Shown in pieces: positions 12,251 through 24,600 of a DNA stretch of 64,000 nt. The notes beneath the pieces were generated by a model. The model was not told the origin of the DNA, ran no database searches, and was given only the letters and a program-made list of their open reading frames with translations. Both the position numbers and the translations under genes were made by a program. The stretch is from NCBI GenBank assembly GCA_951406725.2, contig OX597842.1:9424001-9488000 (forward strand), given 5' to 3'. Position 1 is the stretch's first letter. Each line of letters starts with the position of its first letter. Source of the stretch: Octopus vulgaris. Lineage: Eukaryota.

Positions 12251-13256
12251 TTGGTTTGTCCGGAAAGTTCATGCCGATTTTTAAAGGAAAGAAAAAAGTC
12301 AATAAATACTTGCCATTACATTTTTAATCAACCAAATACAAACCATTTTGTGGCACAATGCGTATCCATCTTTCCTTTAACTTGAAAACATCAAGGTATC
12401 TTTTTACGTCATCCAAGGAATTGAAATTTTTACCGTTAAGACTTTTCTGCAGAGACGTGACTAAGTGGAAATCCGAAGGAGCAATATCTGGTGAATATGG
12501 AGAGTGGGGTAACACATCCCAGCCAAGCTGCAGCAATTTTTGTCTGGTTCCCAAAGCATCAAGTGCCAAAAATTAACTTTCTTATCTTCCATTTTAAAGG
12601 GTTACAGAATTAACACAGGTTATAGGAGCATAAACCTTCTTCCACAAAAAGATAGCTTCAACTGTGCTCTAAATGGAGGTGTACTGTAAATCCTCGAGTA
12701 TAATGTGCAGGGGATTTTTAGGGGGCTGTACCGCTGAAAAACCTAAACCTCGTGTATAATACGCACCCCTTCTCTAACTTGAGTCAAGGAGGTCTATATA
12801 ACGTCCTTGGTTTGTAAAAATGTATACGCTAACATCCTTTATTATTATTGTATATATAACATAATGCAAACGTGTAGCTTTTTTGTGCATTTTGTTTGCA
12901 GAAAATAAAGAAATAACAGTAATAACGTTTAATAAATGTTGCTTACTGCAAGTTATGGATGATTCTTTTATAACTTCATTGCTTTCAGGCTTAGCTTAAG
13001 GTATTTTCGCTCCTGACATCACAAAATGCGTCTGAATAAACATTGCCGGACAGCAAATAGGGACTTGGACATTGCTTAGAAAATATTTTTCATTTTTAAC
13101 CTCGTATATAATACGCACTAGGGATTTTGACCTTTAAATTTTGGGAAAAAAGTGCGGATTATACTCAGATTTACAGTAGTCAAATCCTATTTTATGGACT
13201 CAACCATGTTCTAAAATAAGTCGAAAGGTAAGCTATGAACTTTCCGGACAACCCAA
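12251..13256 (-). mobile_element. Internally deleted mariner transposon
   Basis: TIRs TTGGTTTGTCCGGAAAGTTC / GAACTTTCCGGACAACCCAA with flanking TA. Transposase C-terminal fragment LGWDVLPHSPYSPDIAPSDFHL (mariner YSPDLAP motif) in 12324..12569. Confidence 0.85.
12684..13176. mobile_element. Tc1/pogo(Tc2)-like MITE nested in the mariner
   Basis: TIRs CTGTAAATCCTCGAGTATAA / TTATACTCAGATTTACAG, TA flanks. Same family at 38682 and 43151. Confidence 0.8.
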
Positions 13257-14069
13257 TACTTAAATTAGACGAATGAATGCATTGCAGCTTTGTAGTAAAG
13301 TGTGTTTACGGCACACTGTTAATGCTCTCCCCAACAGCTGTTGTTTGCCTTTGTTTTTAATTAAAAAAGGAAATGGTTTTGTGATGGGACAAGCATGTGA
13401 CGAACCAAACATTTTGTCTTGTAAATAAGCAAGGCCTAGACTCTTTGCCACTGAGGAAATTACTGAACAAGTTTATTCTTCAGATGAAGAGTTTACACTT
13501 TATGCCAACAATGAGAGTGATTTGGAGTATTAAACTGGTGAAAGTTATGAGGGGAAAGTAGCGATTTGGATGAACAAATATGGTGGTTGAGAGATAGGCC
13601 TATTATTGTTATTCTCCTGAATTCAGGAGAATAACAATAATAGGCCTATTTCATGATTCTGTCCATTAGTTTCCCTGCAATGAACAAATATGTTAGTTGA
13701 GAGATAGGGCAATTATTTTCTTGAATTATTTTCTTATTCTATGCATTAGTTTGCTTACAATGAACAAATACAGTCTTTAAGAAATAGGCCTATTATTGTT
13801 ATTCTCCTGATTTTTTTTGTGATTCTGTCCAAGTATGTATACATGTGTGTGTGTATATTCATACATATATTGATTTGAATAACACCTACGTTTGACTCCA
13901 TTTCTTGATTTATCCATGTTATACAAAAACATTTCACTTAACCTGAAATTTCTACCTTTATAATTAGGCTGTATTATCCTTGGCACTTATGTGAATTTTT
14001 GCCACCCTGGTAACTATTTTTTCATTTTTTTTCCTTGTTATTTGTACATACTGAAAAAATCTACATACC

Positions 14070-14138
<69 letters not shown>

Positions 14139-14588
14139 GAGGCACAAGCACCTACACACACATATACACACACGGCAGTAAGTTCCCCCTACCAAATTCA
14201 ATCACAAATTTTCAGTCGGCTCGGGGTTATAGCAGAAGACACTTGCCCAAAATGCCATGCAGTGGGACTGAACCTGAAACCATGTAGCTGGGAAGCAAGC
14301 CTCCTAACCACACAGCCATGCCTCTGTGTGTGTGTACATACTTTTATACTCAGAGTGTTGCTGTACTCTTTTACTCTTTTATTTGTTTCAGTCATTTGAC
14401 TGTGGCCATGCTGGAGCACCGCCTTTAGTCGAACAAATCGACCCCAGGACTTATTCTTTGTAAGCTTAGTACTTATTCTATCGGTCTCTTTTGCCGAACT
14501 GCTAAGTTACGGAAACGCAAACACACCAGCATCAGTTGTCAAGCAATGTTGGGGGGGACAAACACAGACACACAAACATATACACATA

Positions 14589-14995
14589 CATACAAATATA
14601 CTTATACGCCTGGCCCCCGTGCCGGTGACACGTAAAAGCACCATCCGTTTCGTGGCCGTTTGCCAGCTCTGTCTGGCCCCCGTGTTGGTGGCACGTAAAA
14701 GCACCATCCGTTCGTGTCCGTTGCCAGCCTTGCCTGGCCCCGTACCGGTGACACATAAAAGCACCATCCGTTCGTGGCCGTTTGCCAGCTCTGTCTGGCA
14801 CCTGTGCGGGTGGCACGTAAAAAGCACCCACTACACTCACGGAGTGGTTGGCGTTAGGAAGGGCATCCAGCCGTAGAAACACTGCCAGATCTGACTGGGC
14901 CTGATGAAGCCTTCCAGCTTCACAGACCCCAGTTGACCGTCCAACCCATGCTAGCATGGAGAACGGACGCTAAATGATGATGATGATGATGATGA
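14589..14995 (+). repeat. Retroposon 3' end with (GAT)n tail and an internal GCACGTAAAAGCACC minisatellite (representative copy)
   Basis: Four units of about 60 bp, then GGAGTGGTTGGCGTTAGGAAGGGCATCC...GGACGCTAAATGATGATG. Related copies near 6872..7355, 22970..23140, 29100..30005, 31292..31485, 38178..38640, 39760..40175, 44150..44500, 51360..51700 and 53520..53955. Confidence 0.7.
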
Positions 14996-15224
14996 TATAT
15001 ATGACAGGCTTCTTTCAGTTTCCGTCTACCAAATCCACTCACAAGGCCTTGGTTGGCCCGAGGCTATAGTAGAAGACACTTGCCCAAGGTGCTACGCAGT
15101 GGGACTGAACCCGGAACCATGTGGTTGGTAAGCAAGCTACTTACCACACAGCCACTCCTACACCTGTACGTTTGAATTTTTTTTTTTTTAATTACTTATT
15201 TATTTCATTATTGTCTCTTTCCAG

Positions 15225-15561
15225 ACTTTTTGCGCCAAACGAGCTTCTGGTAGCCAACACCTTGTGGCTAAACGCTCACCTTGGCATCGGATTCTTCATC
15301 TACAGCCGGCGACACCTGTCAGACAGTCCTGTCTACAAGCGAATCATTTACAGTGCCTTCGGAACGATAGCGTTCAATTTTGGATCGGTGTTGCTGTGGG
15401 CGTCGCTCAAGTCCCTTCTACCAAACAGCACTGGGCTCCGTGTTCTTTTCGGTCTTTTGTCAAGCTGGGGCCTTCTGTACGTCGGTAAGGACTACCTCGA
15501 CCACGTAGACACGCACGTGCCCTCAATTCCGGTTGATTCTGTCACCACGCTTGAGGAGTAG
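15225..15561 (+). CDS. Terminal coding exon of a small multi-pass membrane protein (uncharacterised invertebrate family)
   Basis: Polypyrimidine tract and CCAG acceptor at 15224. GC-balanced open frame LFAPNELLVANTLWLNAHLGIGFFIYSRRHL...YSAFGTIAFNFGSVLLWA...DYLDHVD with three hydrophobic segments. TAG at 15559..15561 and AATAAA near 15930. No upstream exon found in the window. Confidence 0.75.
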
Positions 15562-16049
15562 TGATTTCGGAAAGCTAGAGAGGAGTTGTAGTGAGAGGAG
15601 AGAGAATGAGTGAATGTGTGAGAGAGAGAAATAGTGAGAGAGATGGAGGAGAGGAGGAGTATTAGAGAGTATGTGCAAGAGGCAGAGAAAAGGAAGAGTG
15701 TGTGACAAAGAGATAGAGAGAGAGAGAGAGAGAGATGATATATGAGAGAGTGTGTGAGAGTGTGACAGACAAGATTGAGTTTGTTGACACTAGATGGCAG
15801 CAGTAACATTTAAAAAAAAACAAGAAGAAAAAAGCCATAACAATGATGATGTTGATGACTATGATGGTTTATCAGCAACAGCAAATTAATAATAATAATA
15901 ATAATAATAATGATGATGATGATGATTATAATAAAATTTATATTTAAAAAATAGCAAGGCTAAATGACTCTGATATTCTGTGCAGACGTGATATTGAAAA
16001 ATCTGAGAAATTTCATCACTGTATCTGTTGAACTGAAGACATTTTCACA

Positions 16050-17760
16050 GTTAAGGAATTTGTATATGCAGCACACCCTCCCTAAAGTAGAAACCTTTAA
16101 ATATCAATATATGGTGTAATACAGATGACAAAACCTCCAGAAACCATGAAACCAAGGACCCTTTAACAAGTTCAGCCCTTTGAGAATGAAGGACAACTTA
16201 GAAAAACAAGACCACAAGTTATAAAAAAAGCTTACAGACAACAAGCATATCAAATATATACTACCATCATCAGCTGCCTATCGGATATCATTTGTTGTTT
16301 TGACACTTAGGCAGTGCCATACAATCTGGCTAATAATAATAATAATAACAACAATAATAATAAAATTTATATTTAAAAAATAGCAAGGCTAAATGACCGA
16401 TGACATTTTCACAGTTAAGGAATTTGTATATGCAGCAAACCTTCCCTAAAGTAAAAACCTTCAGAAACCATGAAACCAAGGACCCTTTAACAAGTTCAAC
16501 TTTTTGAGAATGATGGACCACTTAGAAAAAGAAGACCACATGATGTAAAAAGATTCACAGACAACAAGCATGTCAAACATGTACTCTCATCATCAGCTGC
16601 CTATCAGATATAGTTGTTTTGACACTCACGCAGTACCATTCAACCTGGCTATGTCAGCAGCATTAAAAACATATACGGTGCTTGGAAATTGATAGACAAG
16701 AAGCAGGAGCAAAACATTTGTGTGATATGTCTGTTACATCTACATTTGCTTCTTATTACAAATGCAATCATCAAATTTCAAATGTAGGTTGTTACTTACC
16801 TATAGCTATGAAGGATAGAAATTCAGAGTACTACCTATAAGAAATGAAGAAGCTTTTAGTAAGTTCAGCCCCTTGAAAATGAAGGACAACTTAAAAATAA
16901 ACAAGATCGCAAGATGTAAATAATTCACAAACAACAAGCATATCTAATGTACTCCCCTCATCAGATGCCTAACGGATTTCATTATGGTTTCAACACTTGA
17001 GTAGTACCATTTAATTTGGCTGTGTCAACAGTATTAAAAGCACAACTGGTGCTTGAAAATTGATAGACAAGAAGCACAGGCATCTACACTTGCTTTTTAT
17101 TACAAATACGAACATCAGACTTCAAATGTAGGTTGTTACTTACCTATAACTATGAAGCATAGAAATTTAAAATACTGCATATAAAAAATCAAGAAGTCTT
17201 TAGCAAATTCAGCCCCTTGAAAATGAAGGACAACTTAGAACACCTGGACAAGATATAAAAAGATTCACAAACAACAGGCATATCAAATGTACTCCCCTCG
17301 TCAGATGCCTAACGGATATCATTATGGTTTCAACACTTGAACAGTACCACTCAATCTGGCTGTGTTAAATTCATCAAAAACATACGGTGCTTGGGAATTA
17401 ATAGATAAATGTCATTTATATCTACATTTGCTTATTATTACAAATGCAAACATCAAATTTCAAGCATAAATTGTTCCATACCCATTGCCATGAAGCATAG
17501 AAAGTTAAATATAACCTTTACAAAACTAAGAACCCTTTAATAAGTTCAGCCTTTTGAGAGTGAAAGACAACTTAGAACAACAGAACCACAAAATATAAAA
17601 GATATACAGACAACAAACATATCAAAATATGTACACCCATTGTCAGCCACCTAATGGATATCATTACGGTTTCAACACTTAAGCAGTACCATTATATCTA
17701 CACTTCTTATTACAAATACAAGCATCAAATTTCAAACTTAAATTGTTACCTATAGCTAAA
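16050..17760. repeat. Old degenerate tandem repeat, unit about 325-370 bp, five copies
   Basis: AAGTTCAGCCC.TTGA.AATGAAGGACAACTTAGAA recurs near 16168, 16492, 16861, 17205 and 17542. Confidence 0.8.
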
Positions 17761-18439
17761 AAGCTGTGAGCTCTAAAATGTGGGTGGAAGCACTCCGTCG
17801 GTTACGATGATGAGGGTTCCGGTTGATCCGAATCAACGGAACAGCCTGCTCGTGAAATTAACGTGTAAGTGGCTGAGCACTCCACAGACACGTGCACCCT
17901 TAATGTAGTTCTCGGGATATTCAGCGTGACACAGAGAGTGACAAGGCCGGCCCCTTGAAATACAGGTACAACAGAAACAGGAAGTAAGAATGAGAGAAAG
18001 TTGTGATGAAAGAGTACAGCAGGGATCACCACCATCCCCTGCTGGAGCTTTTAGGTGTTTTCGCTCAATAAACACTCACAACGCCCGGTCTGAGAATCGA
18101 AACCGCGAGTCCGCTGCCCTAACCACTGGGCCATTGCGCCTCTAAAATACCACTCATGAAACATAGAAAAAGCTCCAAAAAGGATATTTACTACCATTAT
18201 ATATATATCTCTTCTGTCATTCCATTTATTATTGGAACTATACAATTATTTATGTAAAAGTATTGATAGTTTTCTCTAAGATTCTTTATAGCAGTGGTAG
18301 GGGTCTGAAAATATTGGTAAATGCAGCAAATTGGAAGGGTCATTAAAGTAGTGAATATAACACTTTCCTGTGTTCCAAGTTTGAATCCCGCTGACGTGAA
18401 ATTAACCTTTCATCCATTTGGTGGGGTGGGGGTCGATGA

Positions 18440-18990
18440 AAGAAATAATAATCGAGGGTGTTGGTAGATAGTTGGGACTAATGCCTTGTGGTATTTATTC
18501 TGACTCTTTGCAGTAGCACTGGTGCCAAACTGCATCAGTCTAAGTTCTTTTGGGAATGGTCAATAAGAAAAAATGTTAATCTCAGGTGTTGGATTAGTAG
18601 AACTTGTAGATGATTGGGACTGATGCATTGTGGTATTCTGACTCACTGGTGTCGAACTGCACCAGTCTAAGTTCTTTTGGGAATGGTCAATAAAAAAAAT
18701 GTTAATCCCGGGTGTTAGATTTGCAGAACTGGTAGATGATCGGGACTGATACCTTGTGGTATTTATCCTAGCTCTTTGTGATCCGACAGCGATGTTTGCG
18801 ATAACACTGGTGCCAAACTGCATTGGACTAAATTCTTTTAGAGGTGGTCAATAAAAATAAAATACTAATCGAGGTGTTGGATTGGCAGAACTGAGGGGTG
18901 GGCAGGACTAATGCTTTGCGGTATTTATCCTAGCTTTTTTGTGGTCTGATAACGATGCCTGTGACTGCATTGGTGTCAAACTGCATCACC
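18440..18990. repeat. Degenerate tandem repeat, unit 125-165 bp
   Basis: CTGGTG(C/T)C(A/G)AACTGCA recurs near 18520, 18646, 18808 and 18971. Confidence 0.7.
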
Positions 18991-19421
18991 AGTGCTTTTT
19001 ATATGGGCCCCAGCACCAATGCTTTTTATGTGGTGCCAGCACTTTCTAAATGGTACCAGCACCAGTGTTTTTCAGGTGGAACCAGCACTGGTATCAATTC
19101 TGTTGTGGCAGATGGATCTTCTTGAATTCAGTGAAGTGCCAAATAGCTCGGTCCATTTTTTCTTCAACTTGGTACTCCATTGTAAATGTCTGAAAACAGG
19201 TAGAATTTATTCAAATTTCAAAATCAACAAAAAACAGTTGTACAGGAAAAATAGTGCTACAAAAAAAACCCCAAAAAATACAACGATAAAAATATTTTTT
19301 GTGTTAATTCTAATAATACTGGATAGATTTAAAATTAATGAAGGGGTGAAAAAACAAAATTATCTGACAACGCAACATATATATATATATATATATATAT
19401 ACATACATACATACAATACAT

Positions 19422-19455
<34 letters not shown>

Positions 19456-19648
19456 ACATACATACAATACATACACACACATATATATATATATATATAT
19501 ACATACATACATACAATACATACACACACATATATATATATATATACATACATACATACAATACATACACACACACATATATATATATATATGTATGGTA
19601 TCTATTCACTTCCAACAATAGAGAGCAGTCACCACATTTCATTCCATA

Positions 19649-19750
19649 TCCGCTACCTCTGATGAGTGCAGGGTTACATAATCAAATTGTTACTGAACAC
19701 TCCGTTGAATCTCTAGCACGAAACCAATTGATAAGATTGGCTGTAATGGA
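19649..19750 (+). ncRNA. Degenerate hammerhead with extended stems (family 5)
   Basis: CTGATGA (19659..19665), stem II GTGC...GCAC, GAAA (19720..19723), stem III CCAAT/ATTGG, imperfect stem I TCCGCTAC/GTAATGGA. The cleavage-site UH is not intact. Confidence 0.45.
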
Positions 19751-20179
19751 ACTATAACTTTGGATAATATATATATATAGGCAACTAAAGTCAAAAGGAT
19801 GTATACTGAATATATTAGATTGATGCACAGAGAAAGTTTAAGATGGAAAAAAGAGGGAGAGGAACATTTCGAGCAGATGACTCGTCATCAGGAAGGGAAA
19901 TGGGAGAAAGTCCAGAGGGAAGGAAAAGAATAGTGTGAGAAAAGCACAGGTGTTTTTACATGTATATACATACACAACAGGCTTCTTTCGGTGTCAATCT
20001 ACCAAATCCACTCAAGGTTTTGGTTGACCCAGGACTATAGCAGGAGACACTTGCCGAAAGAACCACACAGAAGGACTGAATCTGGAACCATTTAGAATTT
20101 TTTAATATTTTAACAGTTAAGGAATGGAACACAGACTTTTCTGCCAACATATTAACTTTGGAATTTAAGACAATATTTT

Positions 20180-21600
20180 AAGGAAGATGTCTACTTTTAA
20201 CTAATAGCTAAACTTTGGTTTAGTAACTAAACTCTTCTGTAAAAGAAATTAAAAAACTACCTTTTGAGTAAAAGCTAACCTCTTCTGTGGAAGAGACCAA
20301 AAAATTTCTTCTTGGATTAATTGCTAACCTCTTTTATAAAAGAGACTGAAAATTTACTTCTTGGACTAATAACTAACCTCTTCTGTAAAAGAGATTGGAA
20401 AATTATTTCTTGGACTAATTGCTAACCTCTTCTGTAAAAGAGACTGAAAAATTATATTTTGTACTAATAACTAACCTCTCCTGTAAAAGAGATTAAAAAA
20501 TTACTTCTTCGACTAATTGTTAACCTCTTTTGTGAATGAGACTGAAAACTTCTTGGACTAACAGCTAACCTCTCCTGTAAAAGAGATTTTAAAAATTACT
20601 TCTTGGACTAATGGTTAACCTCTTTTGTGAATGAGACTGAAAACCTATTTCTTGGACTAACAGCTAACCTCTCCTGTAAAAGAGGCTGAAAAATCATCCA
20701 CTGAACTAACCTCTTCTGTAGAAAGAATTCAAAAATTCCTTCCTTGACTAATAGCTAATCTCTTCTCTAAAGGAAATTAAAAAATTACCCTTTGAAGTAA
20801 AAGCTTAACTCTTCTATAAAGGAGACTGACAAATTATTTCTTGAACTTACCTCTTCTGTTAAAAAGACTGTAAAATTACCTATTTGAACTAATAGCTAAG
20901 CTCTTCTGTAAAGGAGACTGAAAATGACCCATTGAAGTAAAAGCTTAACTCTTCTATAAAGGAGACTGACAAATTATCTCTTGAATTGACATCTGTTAAA
21001 AAGACTGTAAAATTACCTGTTTGAACTAATAGCTAAACTCTTCTGTAAAGGAGACTGAAAAATTACCTATTTGAACTAATAGCTAAGCTCTTCTGTAAAG
21101 GAGACTAAAAAATTACCTATTTGAACTAATAGCTAAGCTCTTCTGTAAAGGAGACTGAAAAATTACCTGTTTGAACTAATAGCTAAGCTCTTCTGTAAAG
21201 GAGACTGACAAATTATCTCTTGAACTTACCTCTTCTGTTAAAAAGACTGTAAAATTACCTATTTGAACTAATAGCTAAGCTCTTCTGTAAAGGAGACTGA
21301 AAAATGACCCATTGAAGTAAAAGCTTAACTCTTCTATAAAGGAGACTGACAAATTATCTCTTGAATTGACCTCTTCTGTTAAAAAGACTGAAAAATTACC
21401 TATTTGAACTAATAGCTAAACTCTTCTGTAAAGGAGACTGAAAAATTACCTATTTGAACTAATAGCTAAGCTCTTCTGTAAAGGAGACTGAAAAATAACC
21501 CATTGAAGTTATAGCTTAACTCTTCTGCAATGGAGACTGAAAAATTACCCACTTTGAACTACCAGTTAAGTTCTTCTGTAAAGGAGACTGAAAATTCATC
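20180..21600. repeat. Satellite with a unit of about 50 bp (partly copied at 23571..24080)
   Basis: TTGAACTAATAGCTAAGCTCTTCTGTAAAGGAGACTGAAAAATTACCTAT, period 50 (21061 vs 21111), interleaved with shorter variants. Confidence 0.9.
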
Positions 21601-24600
21601 CCTAAAGACTGACAAGACAGCAGAAGGTTCCAGAAAACCACGAGTATTTGTGTCTGTATACATTGTTAGGGCGTTTTCACACAGCGTTTGTGGGCCTTGG
21701 ACTGATTTATGCTCATTTCCTGAGAATTTTCTATTTTTCTTTCCTGTTTTCCATTTTGTTTGTTACGTTTTATGAAAGTAAATGATGCAATTTTTCAAAC
21801 ATGGATTATATAATGATGGTGCTGGTGGTGGTGATGGTTGATGCTGGTGTTTATAGTTATAATATTAATAATAACAGTTTTGGTTGTTGTGACCCCCTTT
21901 GGTCACGAATGACCATGGGATTGCACCTAGAAAGTTACCCTCCGAGGCACAAGTCTGGGCAAGGTTGTTTATTGAAGACCAGAAGTCACCCATGCATACC
22001 AGTCTCTCCTCTCTACACTATTATATATACATAGGGTAATGGGTAAAGACCCCTTCGGTCATGAATGACCATGGGATTGCACTTAGAAAGTTACCCTCTG
22101 AGGCACAAGTCTGGGCAAGGTTGTTTATGGAAGCCCAGCAGTCGCCCATGCATAACAGCCTCCCCTCTCTACACTATTATATGTACATAGGTTAAAGGGT
22201 AAAGACCCCCTTTGGTCATGGCTGACCATGGGTTTGCACTTAGAAAGTTACCCTCCGAGGCACAAGTCTGGGCAAGGTTGTTTATGGAAGCCCAGCAGTC
22301 ACCCTTGCATACCAGCCTCCCCTCGTTATACTATAATATGTACATAGGGTAAAGGGTAAAGAGCCCCTTTGGTCATGAATGACTATAGGATTGCACTTAG
22401 AAAGTTTCCCTCCGAGGCACAAGTCCAGGAAAGGTTGTTTATGGAAGACCAGCAGTTGCCCACGCATACCGGCCTCCCCTCTCCACGCCACCGATGTTAT
22501 CCAAGGGAAAGGCAAAGGCTGATACAGCTTGGTATCTGTGACGTCGCAGCTCATTTATTAACGTGCAAGTGGCTGAGCACTCCACAGACACGTGTGCCCT
22601 TAAAGTAGTTCTCGGGGAGATTCAGCGTGACACAGAGTGTGACATGGCTGGCCCTTCGAAATACAGGTACAACAGAAACAGGAAGAAAGAGTGAGAAAAA
22701 GTTGTGGTGAAAGAGTACAGCAGGGTTCACCACCACCCCTGCCGGAGCCTCATGGAACTTTAGATATTTTCGCTCAGTGCCCGATCTGGGGATCGAAACC
22801 GCGATCCTACGACTGCGAGTCCGCTGCCCTAACCAGTGGGCCATTGCGCCTCCACAACAGTTTTGGTACAAGGCCAGTAATTACAAGGAGAGGTCAAGAC
22901 AATTATATTGGCCCCAGTACTCAACTGGTACTTGCTTTCTCAACTCTAACAGGATGAAAGGCCTCATAAAAAGCACCTGCTATATTCTTAGAGTGGTTGG
23001 CATTAGGAAGGGCATCCAGCTGTTGAAACTTTGCCAGATCAGATTGGAGCCTGGTGCAGCCTACGGGCTTGCCAGTCCTCAGTCGAACCGTCCAACCCAT
23101 GCCAGCATGGAAAACGGACGTTAAACGATGATGATGATGAATAGGAATGGTTTCAAATTTTGGCACAAGGCCAGCAATTTTAGGGGAGGGGGTAAATTGG
23201 TTACATCAACCCCCAGTTCTTGAAAGGATAAAAGGGAAAGTCAATCTCTGCAGAATAATAATAATGGTATTTGTAATGTAAGCATGAGGCCGACAATTTG
23301 ATGGGTGGGTGGAGGGGGTTACCTGACAACATTAACTGGTACTTTATTTTTTTCGACCCTGGGAAGAATGAAAGGCAAAGTTGACCTGGAAGGAATTTGA
23401 ACTCAGAATGTAAAGCAGGAGGGAATGCCATGAAGTATTTTGTCCAACAGGATAATGGTTCTGCCCTAATAATAATAATAATAATCCTTTGTACCATAGG
23501 CACAAGGCCTGAAATTTACTGGGAGGGGACTAGTAGATTACATTGCCCCTAGTGTTTCACTGATACTTTATCTTCTGTAAAGGAGACTAAAAAATTACCT
23601 ATTTGAACTAATAGCTAAGCTCTTCTGTAAAGGAGACTGAAAAATTACCTGTTTGAACTAATAGCTAAGCTCTTCTGTAAAGGAGACTGACAAATTATCT
23701 CTTGAACTTACCTCTTCTGTTAAAAAGACTGTAAAATTACCTATTTGAACTAATAGCTAAGCTCTTCTGTAAAGGAGACTGAAAAATGACCCATTGAAGT
23801 AAAAGCTTAACTCTTCTATAAAGGAGACTGACAAATTATCTCTTGAATTGACCTCTTCTGTTAAAAAGACTGAAAAATTACCTATTTGAACTAATAGCTA
23901 AACTCTTCTGTAAAGGAGACTGAAAAATTACCTATTTGAACTAATAGCTAAGCTCTTCTGTAAAGGAGACTGAAAAATAACCCATTGAAGTTATAGCTTA
24001 ACTCTTCTGCAATGGAGACTGAAAAATTACCCACTTTGAACTACCAGTTAAGTTCTTCTGTAAAGGAGACTGAAAATTCATCCCTAAAGACTGACAAGAC
24101 AGCAGAAGGTTCCAGAAAACCACGAGTATTTGTGTCTGTATACATTGTTAGGGCGTTTTCACACAGCGTTTGTGGGCCTTGGACTGATTTATGCTCATTT
24201 CCTGAGAATTTTCTATTTTTCTTTCCTGTTTTCCATTTTGTTTGTTACGTTTTATGAAAGTAAATGATGCAATTTTTCAAACATGGATTATATAATGATG
24301 GTGCTGGTGGTGGTGATGGTTGATGCTGGTGTTTATAGTTATAATATTAATAATAACAGTTTTGGTTGTTGTGACCCCCTTTGGTCACGAATGACCATGG
24401 GATTGCACCTAGAAAGTTACCCTCCGAGGCACAAGTCTGGGCAAGGTTGTTTATTGAAGACCAGAAGTCACCCATGCATACCAGTCTCTCCTCTCTACAC
24501 TATTATATATACATAGGGTAATGGGTAAAGACCCCTTCGGTCATGAATGACCATGGGATTGCACTTAGAAAGTTACCCTCTGAGGCACAAGTCTGGGCAA

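Noticed and set aside
13430-13535. Acidic peptide resembling a piggyBac transposase N-terminus
   Set aside because: Too short and interrupted by stops; no TIRs found.
20180-21600. Regular repeats as a possible CRISPR array
   Set aside because: Contiguous 50-bp units with no unique spacers, no cas genes and a eukaryotic context.
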